Assembly (NCBI GenBank): GCA_044070495.1
Contig: JBIPSI010000010.1
Coordinates: 1 to 64,000, forward strand
Direction of reading: 5' to 3'
DNA from: Spirulina sp.
Lineage (GTDB): Bacteria > Cyanobacteriota > Cyanobacteriia > Phormidesmidales > Phormidesmidaceae
DNA: 64,000 bases
Position numbers and translations under genes: made by a program. Shown here piece after piece: positions 62,290 through 64,000 of the stretch (position 1 is its first letter; each line of letters starts with the position of its first letter). The notes below the pieces were generated by a model. The model was not told where the DNA came from and searched no databases. It worked only from the letters and a program-made list of their open reading frames with translations.

Positions 62290-64000
62290 ATGTTGAATAC
62301 AAATGCTTTGGGGATTTCAGCCCGATTGTTAGCCTGGGCCAGCCGTGGTTCGGGATTGTTGGCCACGCTGTTGCTGTTGTTCTCTGCGCTGCCCGCTGCC
62401 GCTGAAGGATTGACCGAAACTGAGCAAGCCGCTCCCCAAGTGGAGGCACTGACTACAGAGGAGGCCCCCCGTACAGCGGATGCCTTGTCTGTAGATCGAC
62501 CTGAAGATCCCCTGGCCGATGCCATCCTGACCACAGAGCCTGTTCTGATGGCCGATGCGTCCGAAGATGCCCTAGGGGTAGACGCCGTGGCCAATGGGGA
62601 GGTTCCTGGCTCTCTGACGGTTGAGGAAACGACGCCCTCCAGTGATCAGATCGCCGATGCTGAGGCCTCTGACGTGGAAGCAACCCCGATGTTCCTGGTC
62701 ACCGACCTGGAATCTGCCCTCGAAAATGATGGTCGCGTTTTGCCCCAGGCGGCTGACTTGGCTCAGGTTACCCAGGTCACCGACTTTACGGATATTTTGC
62801 CCAGCGATTGGGCCTTCCAAGCCTTGAGCAATCTAGTCAACAACTATGGTTGTCTCCAGGGCTATCCGGATCGCACCTTCCGGGGGCAGCGCAGCCTGAC
62901 CCGCTTTGAGTTTGCGGCGGGTCTGAATGCCTGTTTGGATGTGCTCGCGGCCAACCTGAGCATGATTTCCGACGAAGATCTGATTCCCATTCGCCGCCTC
63001 CAGGAGGAATTTGCCGCCGAACTGGCCACCCTGCGCGGTCGAGTGGATGCCCTAGAGGCCGAAACCGCCGAACTAAGCGCTCAGCAGTTTGCCACCCAAA
63101 CCAAACTGCGGGGTTCTGTCTTTTTCAATGTGGGTAGCGGCTTTGCCAATGGCAGCATTCGGGCGGAGGGGAACAGTATCTTTGCAGCGGCTCGCGACCC
63201 CATCACCAATGCCCCGGTAACCCGCACAATCTCCCGCAATCCCAGTCTCACCACTAGCGCGTTGACTTGGATCAACATGGACACCTCCTTCAGCGGTTCC
63301 GACCGCCTGAAGCTTCAGTTTGTGGCCGGGGCGGGTACTTCACCGGCCAACCTCTACGGTTCGGCGGGCTTGTTCAACACCTTTGGCACTCCGTTCACCT
63401 TCCAAACCGGCGGCGTCGATCAGTTTGATGTCACTATTCGCGAACTCAGCTACATGTTCCCCGTGGGGGACAGCCTCACCATTGATGTCGGTGCCCGGAT
63501 CAACTGGTACAGCTACTTCGACAACAACCGCTACACCTTCTTCCTCACCGGGGCCAACAGCTTCAACTCCAGCGGCGGCACCCAGGTGAACACCGTAGAC
63601 CGTGGGGCAGGGGCCATTGCCGTGTGGGATGTGACGGACTGGCTAGACGTACGGGTTGGCTACCTGGCTGAAAGCACCGAATTCCTTCCGGGCCAGCGCG
63701 ATGCGGGCAACCCCACCCGAGGTTTGTTTGGCGGTACCAACACCCTCACGGGGCAGATTGGTCTTCAGCCCTTCAACAACCTCAACCTGCGGCTGCTGTA
63801 TACCCGCTCTAACCTGATGCCCAACGCCGCTGGCCAAATTGGCGGCACCCTCAGCGAACCCATGTATGGTTTTGCCGATAACGGGTTTGGAGGTGCCCTC
63901 ACCAATGCCCCTGCCGATACCTTCCTGGTCAACTTCGACTGGACGCCCCTAAGCTGGCTGGGCCTATTTGGTCGCTACAGCTACGGCAGCGTTAAGCTCA
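62290..64000 (+). CDS. Cyanobacterial SLH-domain outer-membrane porin (OprB/Som type), truncated by window end; absent from the ORF track
   Basis: ATG 62290 after GAGGAG; signal peptide (LPAAA-EG); acidic linker; DWAFQAL..LV..YGC..GYPDRTFRG...TRFEFAAGLNAC; QFATQTKLRG barrel start. Confidence 0.93.
   Translation, partial: MLNTNALGISARLLAWASRGSGLLATLLLLFSALPAAAEGLTETEQAAPQVEALTTEEAPRTADALSVDRPEDPLADAILTTEPVLMADASEDALGVDAVANGEVPGSLTVEETTPSSDQIADAEASDVEATPMFLVTDLESALENDGRVLPQAADLAQVTQVTDFTDILPSDWAFQALSNLVNNYGCLQGYPDRTFRGQRSLTRFEFAAGLNACLDVLAANLSMISDEDLIPIRRLQEEFAAELATLRGRVDALEAETAELSAQQFATQTKLRGSVFFNVGSGFANGSIRAEGNSIFAAARDPITNAPVTRTISRNPSLTTSALTWINMDTSFSGSDRLKLQFVAGAGTSPANLYGSAGLFNTFGTPFTFQTGGVDQFDVTIRELSYMFPVGDSLTIDVGARINWYSYFDNNRYTFFLTGANSFNSSGGTQVNTVDRGAGAIAVWDVTDWLDVRVGYLAESTEFLPGQRDAGNPTRGLFGGTNTLTGQIGLQPFNNLNLRLLYTRSNLMPNAAGQIGGTLSEPMYGFADNGFGGALTNAPADTFLVNFDWTPLSWLGLFGRYSYGSVKL

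Overview
A 64 kb, GC-rich window of mostly core genes from a cyanobacterium. Gene content (Fd-GOGAT, ppc, stpA, adhE, SLH porin, iscA-like gene before rpsL, Lon-N gene after rpsJ) suggests a filamentous, halotolerant Leptolyngbya/Nodosilinea-like organism (inference). It carries the rpsL-rpsG-fusA-tuf-rpsJ cluster, an rfbF-rfbG-rfbC CDP-sugar operon, a P-type ATPase, an SGNH/MBOAT pair, thiC with a TPP riboswitch, nitrogen-scavenging genes and an internally deleted IS630. I saw no rRNA, tRNA, CRISPR array, prophage or recognisable defence system. The best leads are non-coding: (1) a Yfr1-like small RNA candidate whose complement covers the ribosome-binding site of the porin gene in this window; (2) a probable PsrR1 homologue; (3) a shared TGTATACA operator plus NtcA-type boxes at two distant purine/ureide genes; (4) apparent absence of HIP1 with CGATCG depletion and CCCTAGGG enrichment; (5) several families of short dispersed repeats. 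All counts are by eye and family assignments come from motif recognition, not database searches.
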